Of a stretch of 64,000 nt of DNA, positions 40,304 through 52,336 are shown in pieces. Position 1 is the stretch's first letter; every line of letters begins with the position of its first letter. The stretch is from positions 1,728,001-1,792,000 of the forward strand of contig CAXXLL010000002.1 of NCBI GenBank assembly GCA_963662545.2. The letters run 5' to 3'. The notes below the pieces were generated by a model. That model did no database searches, had not been told where the DNA came from, and saw only the letters and a list, made by a program, of their open reading frames with translations. The DNA comes from Gammaproteobacteria bacterium. Lineage in GTDB: Bacteria > Pseudomonadota > Gammaproteobacteria > Ga0077536. A program made the position numbers and the translations under genes.

Positions 40304-41980
40304 ATGGCACAGTACGTTTTCCAAATGAACCGGGTGGGTAAGCTCGTACCACCCAAGAAACACATCCTGCGCGATATCTCGCTGAGTTTCTTCCCCGGCG
40401 CCAAGATCGGTGTGCTGGGCCTGAACGGCGCCGGGAAATCGACCCTGTTACGGATCATGGGCGGCATTGAAAAGGATATCGAAGGCGAAGCGATTCCGCT
40501 CAAAGGACTCAAGATTGGCTACCTGCCGCAGGAGCCCGAACTCGATCCTGTGAAGAACGTACGAGGCAATGTCGAAGAGGGACTGGGCGACACGCTGGCC
40601 CTGCTCGAACGATTCAACGAGATTTCGGCGCAGTTCGCCGAACCCATGAACGACGACGAGATGAACGCGCTGCTCGAAGAGCAGGGCACAGTGCAGACGG
40701 AAATCGATAACGTGGGCGGCTGGGAAGTCGAGCGAAAATTCGAAATCGCGGCCGACGCACTGCGTTTGCCGCCCTGGGACGCGGACGTGACCGAGATTTC
40801 GGGCGGCGAAAGGCGACGGGTCGCCCTGTGCCGCCTGCTTTTGTCGGAACCGGAAATGCTGCTGCTCGACGAGCCAACCAATCATCTCGACGCCGAGTCA
40901 GTGGCGTGGTTGGAGCGTTACCTCGCGCAGTATTCCGGCACGGTCGTGGCGGTTACCCACGATCGCTACTTTCTCGACAACGTGGCCGGCTGGATCCTGG
41001 AACTCGATCGCGGCTACGGCATTCCCTGGGAGGGCAACTACTCGTCGTGGCTGGAACAAAAAGAAGCGCGGCTTGCACAGGAGGCGCGTGAGCAGGCGGC
41101 GCACCGCAAGTCCATCGCGGCGGAACTCGAATGGGTGCGCGCCAACCCGCAAGGCAGACAGACGAAAAGCCGCGCGCGCCTGCAGCGCTTCGATGAACTG
41201 CAGTCAAAGGAATTTCAGCAGCGCAACGAGACCAACGAGATCTACATTCCACCGGGGCCGCGCCTCGGTGACCTCGTTATCGAGGTCGAGAATCTCAGTA
41301 AAGGCTATGGCGATCGCTTGTTGATCGACGCGCTGAGCTTCAGCCTGCCGCCCGGGGGTATCGTCGGCGTGATCGGGGCCAACGGAGCGGGCAAGTCGAC
41401 GCTGTTCAAGATGCTCACCGGGCAGGAGCAACCGGACGACGGTTCGATCAGGCTGGGCGACACGGTGAAAGTCGCCTACGTCGACCAGAGCCGCGATCTC
41501 CTCGACGGCGGGAAAACGGTGTGGGAAGAACTGTCCGGCGGACAGGATGTGCTGCGCGTTGGCGACTACGAAACGTCGTCACGCGCCTACGTCGGCCGCT
41601 TCAATTTCAAAGGCGCGGATCAGCAAAAGCATATCGGGCAGTTGTCCGGCGGCGAGCGCAACCGCGTGCACCTTGCAAAGGTAGTGCTCAGCGGCGCCAA
41701 CGTATTGTTTCTCGACGAACCCACCAACGATCTGGACGTCGAGACCCTGCGCGCGCTGGAACAAGCGTTGCTCAACTTTCCGGGTTGCGTCGTCGTCATC
41801 TCCCACGACCGCTGGTTCCTGGATCGCATCGCGACCCACATACTGGCGTTCGAGGGCGACAGCCACGTCGAGTGGTTCCCCGGAAACTATGCCGACTATG
41901 AAGCGGATCGTCGCCGCCGCATCGGCGACGACGCCGACAAGCCGCATCGAATTAAATTCAAGCCCGTGACGCGCGCGTAG
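40304..41980 (+). CDS. ettA: Energy-dependent translational throttle ABC-F protein
   Basis: [20 protein letters not shown]; two ABC domains; LEWVR. Confidence 0.96.
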   Translation: MAQYVFQMNRVGKLVPPKKHILRDISLSFFPGAKIGVLGLNGAGKSTLLRIMGGIEKDIEGEAIPLKGLKIGYLPQEPELDPVKNVRGNVEEGLGDTLALLERFNEISAQFAEPMNDDEMNALLEEQGTVQTEIDNVGGWEVERKFEIAADALRLPPWDADVTEISGGERRRVALCRLLLSEPEMLLLDEPTNHLDAESVAWLERYLAQYSGTVVAVTHDRYFLDNVAGWILELDRGYGIPWEGNYSSWLEQKEARLAQEAREQAAHRKSIAAELEWVRANPQGRQTKSRARLQRFDELQSKEFQQRNETNEIYIPPGPRLGDLVIEVENLSKGYGDRLLIDALSFSLPPGGIVGVIGANGAGKSTLFKMLTGQEQPDDGSIRLGDTVKVAYVDQSRDLLDGGKTVWEELSGGQDVLRVGDYETSSRAYVGRFNFKGADQQKHIGQLSGGERNRVHLAKVVLSGANVLFLDEPTNDLDVETLRALEQALLNFPGCVVVISHDRWFLDRIATHILAFEGDSHVEWFPGNYADYEADRRRRIGDDADKPHRIKFKPVTRA

Positions 41981-41995
41981 GCTTGAACCGGTTTC

Positions 41996-44254
<2,259 letters not shown>

Positions 44255-44410
44255 TTGGAGATCCCCGTCGATGATCAGTTCAAGAAGCAAACACCATGGT
44301 ATCAGCGGTGGGGTAAACCGGTATAGCGGAAGCACGCGCACCATCCGCATGAGACAGGCTTTGCCGGCACCCTGTCCGCGCGCCAAGAGGCGGCATCTGT
44401 GCGCGGGCGA

Positions 44411-44878
44411 TCAAGCGGTATCGATTTTCAGCACCGACTCCGGCGGATGCGCGAGCAAGGCGGAGATCTCCCATCTGCCCCCGGTTTTGATCAATGTATA
44501 AGTGGCTCCCAAGTGTTCGAGGACAGAATCGCCGGCGTAACGCAGCCACAGCATGCTTGCCATTGCCAGGCCTTCGCCGTGCACCGCGATGTTGCTTTCA
44601 GCCAGTACGCTGTGCGTGAAACCTTTTTCCCGCAGTGCTTCCATGATCCCACCGAACACCGACTCGAAGGCTTTTTCGTCGACAATCGCGACGACGCCAT
44701 CGACGGTCGTCAATTGAACGGGCAGGTGAAAAAATTTACGAAAATTTGCCAGGTCCAATCTCGAAAATGTCGCGGCCAATTCATCGTACATCTCCAGTAT
44801 TTCAGTCTTTTCTGTGATCAATTTCCTTTCCTCGTGCTGCTGTGTTATCGGTCGCCCGAAACCCGGAGACAATGACAT
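44411..44878 (-). CDS. NTF2-like hypothetical protein (start uncertain)
   Basis: C-terminal RY..LEHLGATYTL.KTGGRWEI strand pattern. Confidence 0.65.
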   Translation of the reverse strand: MSLSPGFGRPITQQHEERKLITEKTEILEMYDELAATFSRLDLANFRKFFHLPVQLTTVDGVVAIVDEKAFESVFGGIMEALREKGFTHSVLAESNIAVHGEGLAMASMLWLRYAGDSVLEHLGATYTLIKTGGRWEISALLAHPPESVLKIDTA

Positions 44879-44987
44879 GCTAGGGCATTAGCGCATTGTT
44901 CGGTGGCCGCGCTTCGTACGAGCATGGTAGATTAGCTAAGCTCGTATCATGCGGGTAGCAGTCCAGCCGCATAAAAGGGGAAATTCG

Positions 44988-46706
44988 TTGTCGAAATTCG
45001 ACCTCGTCATCAAGCATGGAACCGTCATCGATGGAACTCGGGTTCCCCGCTACCGGGCCGACGTCGGCATCCGCGCGGGCGTCATTGCCGATATCGGCCA
45101 TATCAATGCCAATGAAGGCGCGCGCGTCGTAGACGCCGACGGCCTCATCGTCGCCCCGGGTTTCGTCGATCTGCATACGCACTACGACGCGCAGTTGTTC
45201 TGGGATCCTTACTGCACTCTCTCGGGCTGGCATGGAATTACTTCGGCAGTGATCGGTAACTGTGGATTTGGCTTTGCGCCCGTGCGCCCGGAGATGCGTG
45301 AGCGCGCCATGCTCTCGATGACGCGGGTCGAGGCGATTCCCTACGCCTCGATGAAGGCGGGTCTGCCGTGGGATTGGGTCACCTTCCCCGAGTTCCTCGA
45401 CAGCGTCGACCGTGCGCCGAAGGCCATCAATCTGCTGCCCTACGTGCCGGTCGGCCCCCTGCTGATCTGGGTCATGGGCCTCGACGACGCTAAAGCCGGG
45501 CGTATGCCAACCGACGCGGAACATGCCGAGATCCGGCGCCTGTTCGAAGCCTCTCTCGACGCAGGCGGCTGCGGCTGGTCCGCGCAACGCTTGATGCCCG
45601 ATGGGCCGTCGGCGGTTCAGAACGATTACGATGGTACGCCGATGGTTACCGACGTCATGCACGATGAGACCTGCGAGATGCTCGCCGAAGTACTCGGCGA
45701 GCGTAACCAGGGCTTCATGCAAATGACCATTTCGTCCGGCGATTACCGAGCCGATCGCGTACACATGGAAAAACTGTCGACGATCAGCGGTCGGCCGCTG
45801 CTGTGGAACGTGCTGCAGATTTACGACCACAAACCCGAAGTCCATCGGGAAGCCCTCGCATGGATCAAAAGTTGTCGTGAACGTGGTATCCGCGTGTGCG
45901 CGCAGGGGCTGACGACGGACGCCGGTTTCACATTCACCTTCGAGGATTGGAACCTGTGGGACGATCGCCCGGCCTGGCGCGAGGCAACGGTGGGCTCGGT
46001 CGCCGAGCGTCTGGTCAAGCTCGCCGATCCCGAGCGGCGCCCTGGCCTGCGTGCGCCGCGGCCACTCACCGTGACGGGACCGATCGAGGACATCGTCGTC
46101 ACAGGGCCGGCATCGCCGGAAACCGAACCGTACCGGGATATGATGATCGGCGCGATCGCGGAGCAGCTCGGTAAGGATCCGGTCGACGCCCTGCTCGACA
46201 TTGCGGTTAAAGACGAACTCAAGACCGAGTTCTTCGTCGCACCGGCGCACGGCTCGAACAAATACCTGAAGGAGATCATTGACGACCCCTATGTAATCTT
46301 CGGCGTCTCCGACGGCGGTGCCCACACCAAGTTCCTGACAGCCGGTCGCTACCCAACGGAAACGCTGTGTAAGATCGTGCGCGAACTGGGCATGTTGAGC
46401 CTCGAAGAAGCGCATTGGCGTCTCAGTGCGCTGCCGGCTATGGTCGCGGGTTTCGAGGAGCGGGGTGTGCTTAAGCGCGGCGCGCCGGCCGATATCCTCG
46501 TGTACGACTACGACAATCTCGAAGTGCTGCCGGCCGAAATCGTCCACGACCTGCCGGGCAAGGAATGGCGGCGGATTCAGCGTGCGAAGGGTTACCGCTA
46601 CATCATCGTCAATGGTGAGATCACCATCGACGATGACCAGGAGACGAATACCTACTCAGGAAAGCTGCTGCGGTTCGGTGGGCCGCGGATCGCGGCGGCC
46701 GCCTAA
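44988..46706 (+). CDS. N-acyl-D-amino-acid deacylase family amidohydrolase
   Basis: PGFVDLHTHYD, GNCG, SDGGAH and PADI. Confidence 0.92.
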   Translation: MSKFDLVIKHGTVIDGTRVPRYRADVGIRAGVIADIGHINANEGARVVDADGLIVAPGFVDLHTHYDAQLFWDPYCTLSGWHGITSAVIGNCGFGFAPVRPEMRERAMLSMTRVEAIPYASMKAGLPWDWVTFPEFLDSVDRAPKAINLLPYVPVGPLLIWVMGLDDAKAGRMPTDAEHAEIRRLFEASLDAGGCGWSAQRLMPDGPSAVQNDYDGTPMVTDVMHDETCEMLAEVLGERNQGFMQMTISSGDYRADRVHMEKLSTISGRPLLWNVLQIYDHKPEVHREALAWIKSCRERGIRVCAQGLTTDAGFTFTFEDWNLWDDRPAWREATVGSVAERLVKLADPERRPGLRAPRPLTVTGPIEDIVVTGPASPETEPYRDMMIGAIAEQLGKDPVDALLDIAVKDELKTEFFVAPAHGSNKYLKEIIDDPYVIFGVSDGGAHTKFLTAGRYPTETLCKIVRELGMLSLEEAHWRLSALPAMVAGFEERGVLKRGAPADILVYDYDNLEVLPAEIVHDLPGKEWRRIQRAKGYRYIIVNGEITIDDDQETNTYSGKLLRFGGPRIAAAA

Positions 46707-47000
46707 CCGGGCCAACATATCGCGGCGATTTGCCCGCCAGTGGGCGCCTGCTCGAAGTTCATGCAACCGTTGTAGGCGTCTTCCTCGAAGCAAGCGACCA
46801 CGCTAAGATCGCATGGTAATCACGCAGGGACAGTGCCCAACGGTGCCGACTTAACACACCCTCGACCAGTGGGGTGCTGCCGAATTGACTGGATATTCCT
46901 CCGGTATGGCCGGAGCTTGGCAACAGCGCGTCGAAAAATACCGTTTCAATAGCCCGCCGGGGTGCGACTGGAAAATCATATCGACCGCCTGTTTCTGCCT

Positions 47001-47336
47001 TCATACGATAATGCGCGGTTTGAAATCCTCCCAGGTGGCGTCGAGAGAATATTCCCGTCGGCGCTGACGTGGCGTCTGTTGACCCAGAGATTTCCATGAG
47101 CTGCTTTTGAACAGTCCCGTGTCGTAGACACGTCTTTTCTCCGGATCGATTAGGATTTCGAATGCTTCATTGATCACCGACGCATTCCAGTGATCGCCGC
47201 CCAAGTCGGGATGCGCCTTGAGCTTTTGCATGATCGTGCGGTAGCTCGCTTGCACGATCTCCATGGGTGCATCGGGCTGAACATACAGGATGCGGTAGTA
47301 ATTACGCTTGTTCGACTTGGGTTTCTCGCGCGCCAT
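47001..47336 (-). CDS. J-domain (DnaJ-like) protein, possibly a frameshifted longer gene
   Basis: NYYRIL, HPD and INEAFEILIDPEKRRVYD; another frame stays open to 46759. Confidence 0.75.
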   Translation of the reverse strand: MAREKPKSNKRNYYRILYVQPDAPMEIVQASYRTIMQKLKAHPDLGGDHWNASVINEAFEILIDPEKRRVYDTGLFKSSSWKSLGQQTPRQRRREYSLDATWEDFKPRIIV

Positions 47337-47568
47337 GGGATCGAAATCCTTGCTCGATTACCCCCTGTTAGCGGCCTCTCACGCGGAATATTGAGCACTC
47401 GGGGAATGGGGCACAGATTCGGCGATCCCGACCGACAGGCACGAGAGATCAACTGTCTATTCATGGCGATATTACCGATGACCGCCGCTGACCTTGACAA
47501 GGCTTGTATGATGCCGCGCCATTCGCATTGGACGGCGTTCGCTTGCTGCAAATTAGAGGTGAAAGAAT

Positions 47569-48756
47569 GTGTACTGTGATCTAGGTCGGATTTCCTCCGA
47601 CGCCCGTTACATTACAGCGGAGCTCGACGCTATCACGGCGCAGGCCGCCGATGCCGATTCGACACGTTCGATCTCCGAGGAGGTGATCCGCAGCATCAAA
47701 GCCAACGACGTAATGCGGCTGTCCGCGAGTCCTGTATTGTCCGGGCTGAATGAATCGGTCGTCGTCATCGCCGATGAATTGCGCGCGGTCGCGGGGCGAT
47801 GCACCTCTACTGCCTGGTGTCTGTGGAATCACCTGTGCACTTTTCATTTTTTCTGCGGTTTGCTCGGCCCCGACAACGCGGATTTTCTGCGCGACATAAT
47901 GAAGCGCCGCGAATGGGTCTGCTTCCCCGCCGGTGCCAGCTCTTCGGTCGTCTACGAAAGCGACGGTGACGATGTCGTATTGAACGGCAGCGCGGCGTTT
48001 GGATCCGGTGCACGCTACGCGGAATGGGCCGGGGTGATTCTCAAAGCGGGCAAGCGCGAACCGGAAACGCATTTCGTCATTACCGACCTGCGGGACCCGG
48101 GCGTGCGCATCGAACCGACGTGGGAAGCAATGAGCCTGCGCGCGTCGTCGACTGATCATATTCACTACGCAGGCGCACGGGCCGCGGCGCGCCGAGTGGT
48201 GCCGTTTCCGGTACCTACCCGGATACCGTTTCGCGACCTGTCGATGCCGATGATCCATCCTCGCTACCGTGAAGACTGGGTAGCACTTTCGGTACTCTGG
48301 TTGGGCGCTATGGCCACCGGGGTATCCGACATTTCGCTGAACGAGACCTGCGAGAATATCCGCGAACGGGTCGCGATCTTTGGGACGAAGATGATTGAAC
48401 GTCCGACCATCCACGTGAATCTCGGGCGCGCCCGGGCGCTCGTCAACGCCGCGATCGACACGGTGTACGCCGCATGCGCCGAAACGGACGCGCGGATCGC
48501 AGCTGCCGCGGTGCCAAGCGAAGCCGATTATCTGCGCCAGTGCGCCGCCGGTATGCAGGCCGTGCTGTTATGCGACGAGGCCATGCGGCTGATCCTGCGG
48601 GTATTGGGTGGCAACGGGCTTCGCGAGGGGACCGATTTCGAACGGCGCTATCGCGATTTTCAGGCAATGCCGTTGCATATCAACGGTCACTGCGATCGGA
48701 TCACCGAGCAAATGGGACGTTACTCCCTGGGCCTGGAGACGACGAATCCCATCTAG
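47569..48756 (+). CDS. Acyl-CoA dehydrogenase-like flavin monooxygenase (HsaA/DszC-type)
   Basis: STAW, FGSG, W.AMSLRASST and FERRYRD..A..LH. Confidence 0.85.
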   Translation: MYCDLGRISSDARYITAELDAITAQAADADSTRSISEEVIRSIKANDVMRLSASPVLSGLNESVVVIADELRAVAGRCTSTAWCLWNHLCTFHFFCGLLGPDNADFLRDIMKRREWVCFPAGASSSVVYESDGDDVVLNGSAAFGSGARYAEWAGVILKAGKREPETHFVITDLRDPGVRIEPTWEAMSLRASSTDHIHYAGARAAARRVVPFPVPTRIPFRDLSMPMIHPRYREDWVALSVLWLGAMATGVSDISLNETCENIRERVAIFGTKMIERPTIHVNLGRARALVNAAIDTVYAACAETDARIAAAAVPSEADYLRQCAAGMQAVLLCDEAMRLILRVLGGNGLREGTDFERRYRDFQAMPLHINGHCDRITEQMGRYSLGLETTNPI

Positions 48757-48938
48757 CCCGCCTGGCGCACAAATAGGTACCGATTCACAGACGCATCGAG
48801 GGACCGCGGCGGCGTTGCTGTCCCTGGCAGAGGCTCGCCGGCATTTGCCGGGCACCGGATCGCTACGGCTGTCTGATCGGTCTGGTTGATTCCATAAATT
48901 GCCCGTAAGCGGGCGAACGATACCGACCTTGAAGGGGC

Positions 48939-50156
48939 TCAGGCACCGAGCGTCTGGCGGATAGTCAGCTTAGCCAGCTGCGACATATGCACCTCGTCCG
49001 GCCCGTCGGCGATGCGGACCAGGCGGGCATAGGTGAAGATCTCCGGAATCGGCGTGTCCTGGCAGATTCCCATGCCGCCGTGCGATTGCAACGCGCGATC
49101 CGCGACCGTCTGGCACATTAAGGGCACGGTGACCTTGATCATGGCAAGGGCGTCCCTGGCTTGCTTATTGCCTTCACGGTCCAATCGGTCGGCCGCCCAT
49201 TGTGTCAGCAGTCGCGCCTGTTGAATCTCGCAGCGGGACTTGGCGATGTCCTGGCGTATGCTCGATTGCTCGCTCAGTTTCTTGCCGAAGGCCACCCGGT
49301 TTTCGACGCGATTGCACATGATGTCGAGCGCGCGCTGAGCGGCGCCGATCAAACGCATGCAGTGGTGGATTCGACCGGGGCCCAGCCGCCCCTGGGCAAT
49401 CTCGAAACCGCGGCCTTCGCCCAGGAGCAGATTGTCGACCGGCACGCGCACGTCACTCAGGTGAACTTCGGCGTGTCCGTGCGGGGAATGCAGATCGTTC
49501 ATCACCCGTAAGGGCCTGATGATCTCGAATCCCTCGGTACCTGCCGGCACCAGGATCATCGATTGCTGCGCGTGCCGGTCGGCGTTGGGATCCGTTTTGC
49601 CCATGACGATGTAAATCTTGTTACGGGGGTCGAACACGCAGGAACTCCACCATTTGCGGCCATTGATGACATATTCATCGCCGTCACGCTGGATGGACGT
49701 TTCGATATTGGTCGCATCGGAGGAGGCGACCTGCGGTTCGGTCATGAGGTAGGAGGATCGAATCTCACCGGCTAGCAATGGCTCCAGCCATTCCTTCTTG
49801 TGCTCGTCTGTGCCGTAGCGCGCGAGGACTTCCATGTTGCCGGTATCGGGCGCGCTGCAGTTGAAGATCTCCGAGGCCCAGTTGATGCTACCCATGGCCT
49901 CGGCGAGCGGCGCATATTCGAGATTCGTTAAACCCGGACTGTAAGGCTCATACTCCTTGGGTAGAAAAAGATTCCAGAGACCGGCGTCCCGGGCTTTCTT
50001 TTTCAATGCCTCGATCTGCGGCGGCGGGACCCACAGATTTTTCGGATCGTGCACGAATTCATAGATCTCGTCTTCGATGGGATAGATATGCTCGTGCATG
50101 AAGGTGTTGACCTGTTCGAGTAATTGGCGGGATTTATCGTTGTATCCGAAATCCAT
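48939..50156 (-). CDS. Acyl-CoA dehydrogenase
   Basis: [41 protein letters not shown] and ADGPDEVH. Confidence 0.95.
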   Translation of the reverse strand: MDFGYNDKSRQLLEQVNTFMHEHIYPIEDEIYEFVHDPKNLWVPPPQIEALKKKARDAGLWNLFLPKEYEPYSPGLTNLEYAPLAEAMGSINWASEIFNCSAPDTGNMEVLARYGTDEHKKEWLEPLLAGEIRSSYLMTEPQVASSDATNIETSIQRDGDEYVINGRKWWSSCVFDPRNKIYIVMGKTDPNADRHAQQSMILVPAGTEGFEIIRPLRVMNDLHSPHGHAEVHLSDVRVPVDNLLLGEGRGFEIAQGRLGPGRIHHCMRLIGAAQRALDIMCNRVENRVAFGKKLSEQSSIRQDIAKSRCEIQQARLLTQWAADRLDREGNKQARDALAMIKVTVPLMCQTVADRALQSHGGMGICQDTPIPEIFTYARLVRIADGPDEVHMSQLAKLTIRQTLGA

Positions 50157-50214
50157 GTTTGAGCCTCTTTTTTGTAATTCGCGGATGGGGAAGGGCGCCT
50201 ATGTTACCGGGTTG

Positions 50215-51120
50215 TCAGGTCCCGGACGACTTGGCTAGTTCGAGTTCTTCGATCGTCCGCGGCCAGTCTTTTTTTAAGAGTCGGGACAATGAACGATCGG
50301 CCAGAATACGACCCTTGGTTTGGCACCGCGGACAGTAATTCAGTTCGTTGCCCACGTAGCGAATACGCTGAACGCTTGTGTCGCACAGCGGACAGGGTTT
50401 GTCGTAGCGCCCGTGTACGGCCATATCCGGATGAAAGGCCGTGACCTTCCGTGGGAAATCATCCCCGGTTTGTTCGCGCAGTAATTGAGTCCAATGGGTC
50501 AAAACCGATACGCACGATTCGAACAGACGGGCGATTTCCTCCTTATCGAGCTTTTGTGTGAGTCCAATGGGTGACAATCGGGCCGCGTGGAGAATTTCGT
50601 CCGAGTAGGCGTTGCCGATCCCGCTGTAAAGACGGGGATCGGTCAAGGCGCGTTTCAAGGTGTGATTGCGCAATGTCAGTCGGGCGGCAAACTGCGCTAA
50701 GTCGCACTCGAGCACTTCCAATCCTTTAGGATTCAATTCGTCGAGTGCTTGCGCTCCGCGAACGATATGCAGCGAGGCTCGCTTTTTCGACCCGGCTTCG
50801 GTAAACGTCAGCGCGCCGTTGTCAAAATGGAATACCGCCAGAATGTTTTTCGAGCGTGAAGGCTTGGGATTTTCGGCCCACTGGAGGCGCCCCGCGATCA
50901 TGAGGTGAAAGATCAACCAAAGGTCGTCATTGAATCTCCATGCGATGCGTTTGCCGATACGATGCAGGGTGCGGACTTCACGGTTCTCGAGTGCCGCCGG
51001 TGCGGGATCAACTGTACGCAGTACAAAGGGGCTTCGGAGTTCGATTCGAGTCAGACGACGCGCGATAATGCGCGCCTGGAGCGCCTCGATATAAACGGTG
51101 ATGTCGGGCAGTTCGGGCAC
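50215..51120 (-). CDS. Fpg/Nei-family DNA glycosylase
   Basis: GTG start MPELPD; HLMIAG; GIGNAYSDEIL H2TH; C4 zinc finger. Confidence 0.92.
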   Translation of the reverse strand: MPELPDITVYIEALQARIIARRLTRIELRSPFVLRTVDPAPAALENREVRTLHRIGKRIAWRFNDDLWLIFHLMIAGRLQWAENPKPSRSKNILAVFHFDNGALTFTEAGSKKRASLHIVRGAQALDELNPKGLEVLECDLAQFAARLTLRNHTLKRALTDPRLYSGIGNAYSDEILHAARLSPIGLTQKLDKEEIARLFESCVSVLTHWTQLLREQTGDDFPRKVTAFHPDMAVHGRYDKPCPLCDTSVQRIRYVGNELNYCPRCQTKGRILADRSLSRLLKKDWPRTIEELELAKSSGT

Positions 51121-51352
51121 GTTAAGGGTTCTCAATTCCGATCGTTATCAAGCGATGAATGCGGTGATCAACAGGTCCGCGACTCGCTGCAGGTGATCGG
51201 TACGATAGCGCTCTTCCATGAGCCCGGTCGAATCGTGCTCGACATTTCATTTCCTGCCATCAATGAACTTTATGGCATTCTAAACCGGGTGCTGAAAAGC
51301 CGTGAATCGCTTAACCGGATTTCGGGGCGAGGTAGAACGAGGAGGTCGCAAT

Positions 51353-52264
51353 ATGCTGTCTAAACTGTTAGCTGTCCTGTACGGTATTTGCCTGTGCTGC
51401 CTGCCGTTCGCTCTTGTGGCGGGCGGCGTGTCCGTGCTCCTCACCAACGACGATGGATACGATTCTCCGGGCATACGCGCACTCAGCACGGCACTGGCTG
51501 GCGCCGGGTACGAAGTCACGATCGTCGCACCCCTGGAGCAGCAAAGCGGCAGCGGTATGAAGGTGTCGCTGGGCGCGCTGGACCTGGTCGAGCAGGGCAC
51601 TGGCGTATGGACGGTGGACGGCAGCCCGGCCGACGCGGTTTCGATCGGCATTCACCGTGTCATGCGGGACCACCCGCCCGATGTCGTAATTTCCGGCGCC
51701 AACCTCGGTCAGAATCTCGGTAGCAATGTCATGCTGTCGGGCACCGTCGGCGCCGCCGCCATGGCAGCGCACGAAGACATCCCCGCGATCGCGGTGTCGG
51801 TGGGGATCGATCTCGCGGAGCACGATACCGAGCCCGAGCGCTTCCCCAGCACGCTAGATGCCTTCCCACGGGCCGCCCGTTTGACGGTGCGGCTGCTCGC
51901 GGTGCTCGCCGGACGGCGGCACGAGGGGACGGATTTACTGCCGCCGGGAATGGTTCTCAACCTCAATTACCCGGCGCTTCCGGCCACGTCTATCAGAGGC
52001 GTTCGGGCAGCACAGGTTGGCCAGTATGGAGGCTTCCGCCTCATCTATCCTGAGGACGGCAGCGAAATGGGTAAGGTCCGCGCCACGATCGAGCAAGACC
52101 CACGTGGAATGGCTGAAGCGGATGCGGACACGGCCTTGTTCGCGGCGGGCTTCGTGACGATCAGTGTGATTGCGCCGCGCTGGAACACAATGAGAGATAA
52201 GGCCATCGCGGCGCCTGAATGGATAATCAAACTAGAACGCGAATTGGCGCGCGATGCGCCTTAG
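51353..52264 (+). CDS. surE: SurE-family 5'/3'-nucleotidase with signal peptide
   Basis: LLTNDDG, QSGSG, GSPAD, SGANLGQNLG and SGTV. Confidence 0.88.
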   Translation: MLSKLLAVLYGICLCCLPFALVAGGVSVLLTNDDGYDSPGIRALSTALAGAGYEVTIVAPLEQQSGSGMKVSLGALDLVEQGTGVWTVDGSPADAVSIGIHRVMRDHPPDVVISGANLGQNLGSNVMLSGTVGAAAMAAHEDIPAIAVSVGIDLAEHDTEPERFPSTLDAFPRAARLTVRLLAVLAGRRHEGTDLLPPGMVLNLNYPALPATSIRGVRAAQVGQYGGFRLIYPEDGSEMGKVRATIEQDPRGMAEADADTALFAAGFVTISVIAPRWNTMRDKAIAAPEWIIKLERELARDAP

Positions 52265-52278
52265 TGGACGCCGATAAT

Positions 52279-52312
52279 AAAAAGGCCGGTGCGGTCAGGG
52301 ACGGCACCGGCC
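52279..52312 (-). terminator. Rho-independent terminator
   Basis: GGCCGGTGC/GCACCGGCC stem with a U5 tail on the minus strand, between convergent genes. Confidence 0.7.
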
Positions 52313-52336
52313 GTGCAGATCGCTAAGCCGCCCTTA

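Noticed and set aside
44880-46547. 555-aa minus-strand ORF
   Set aside because: Shadow of the amidohydrolase.
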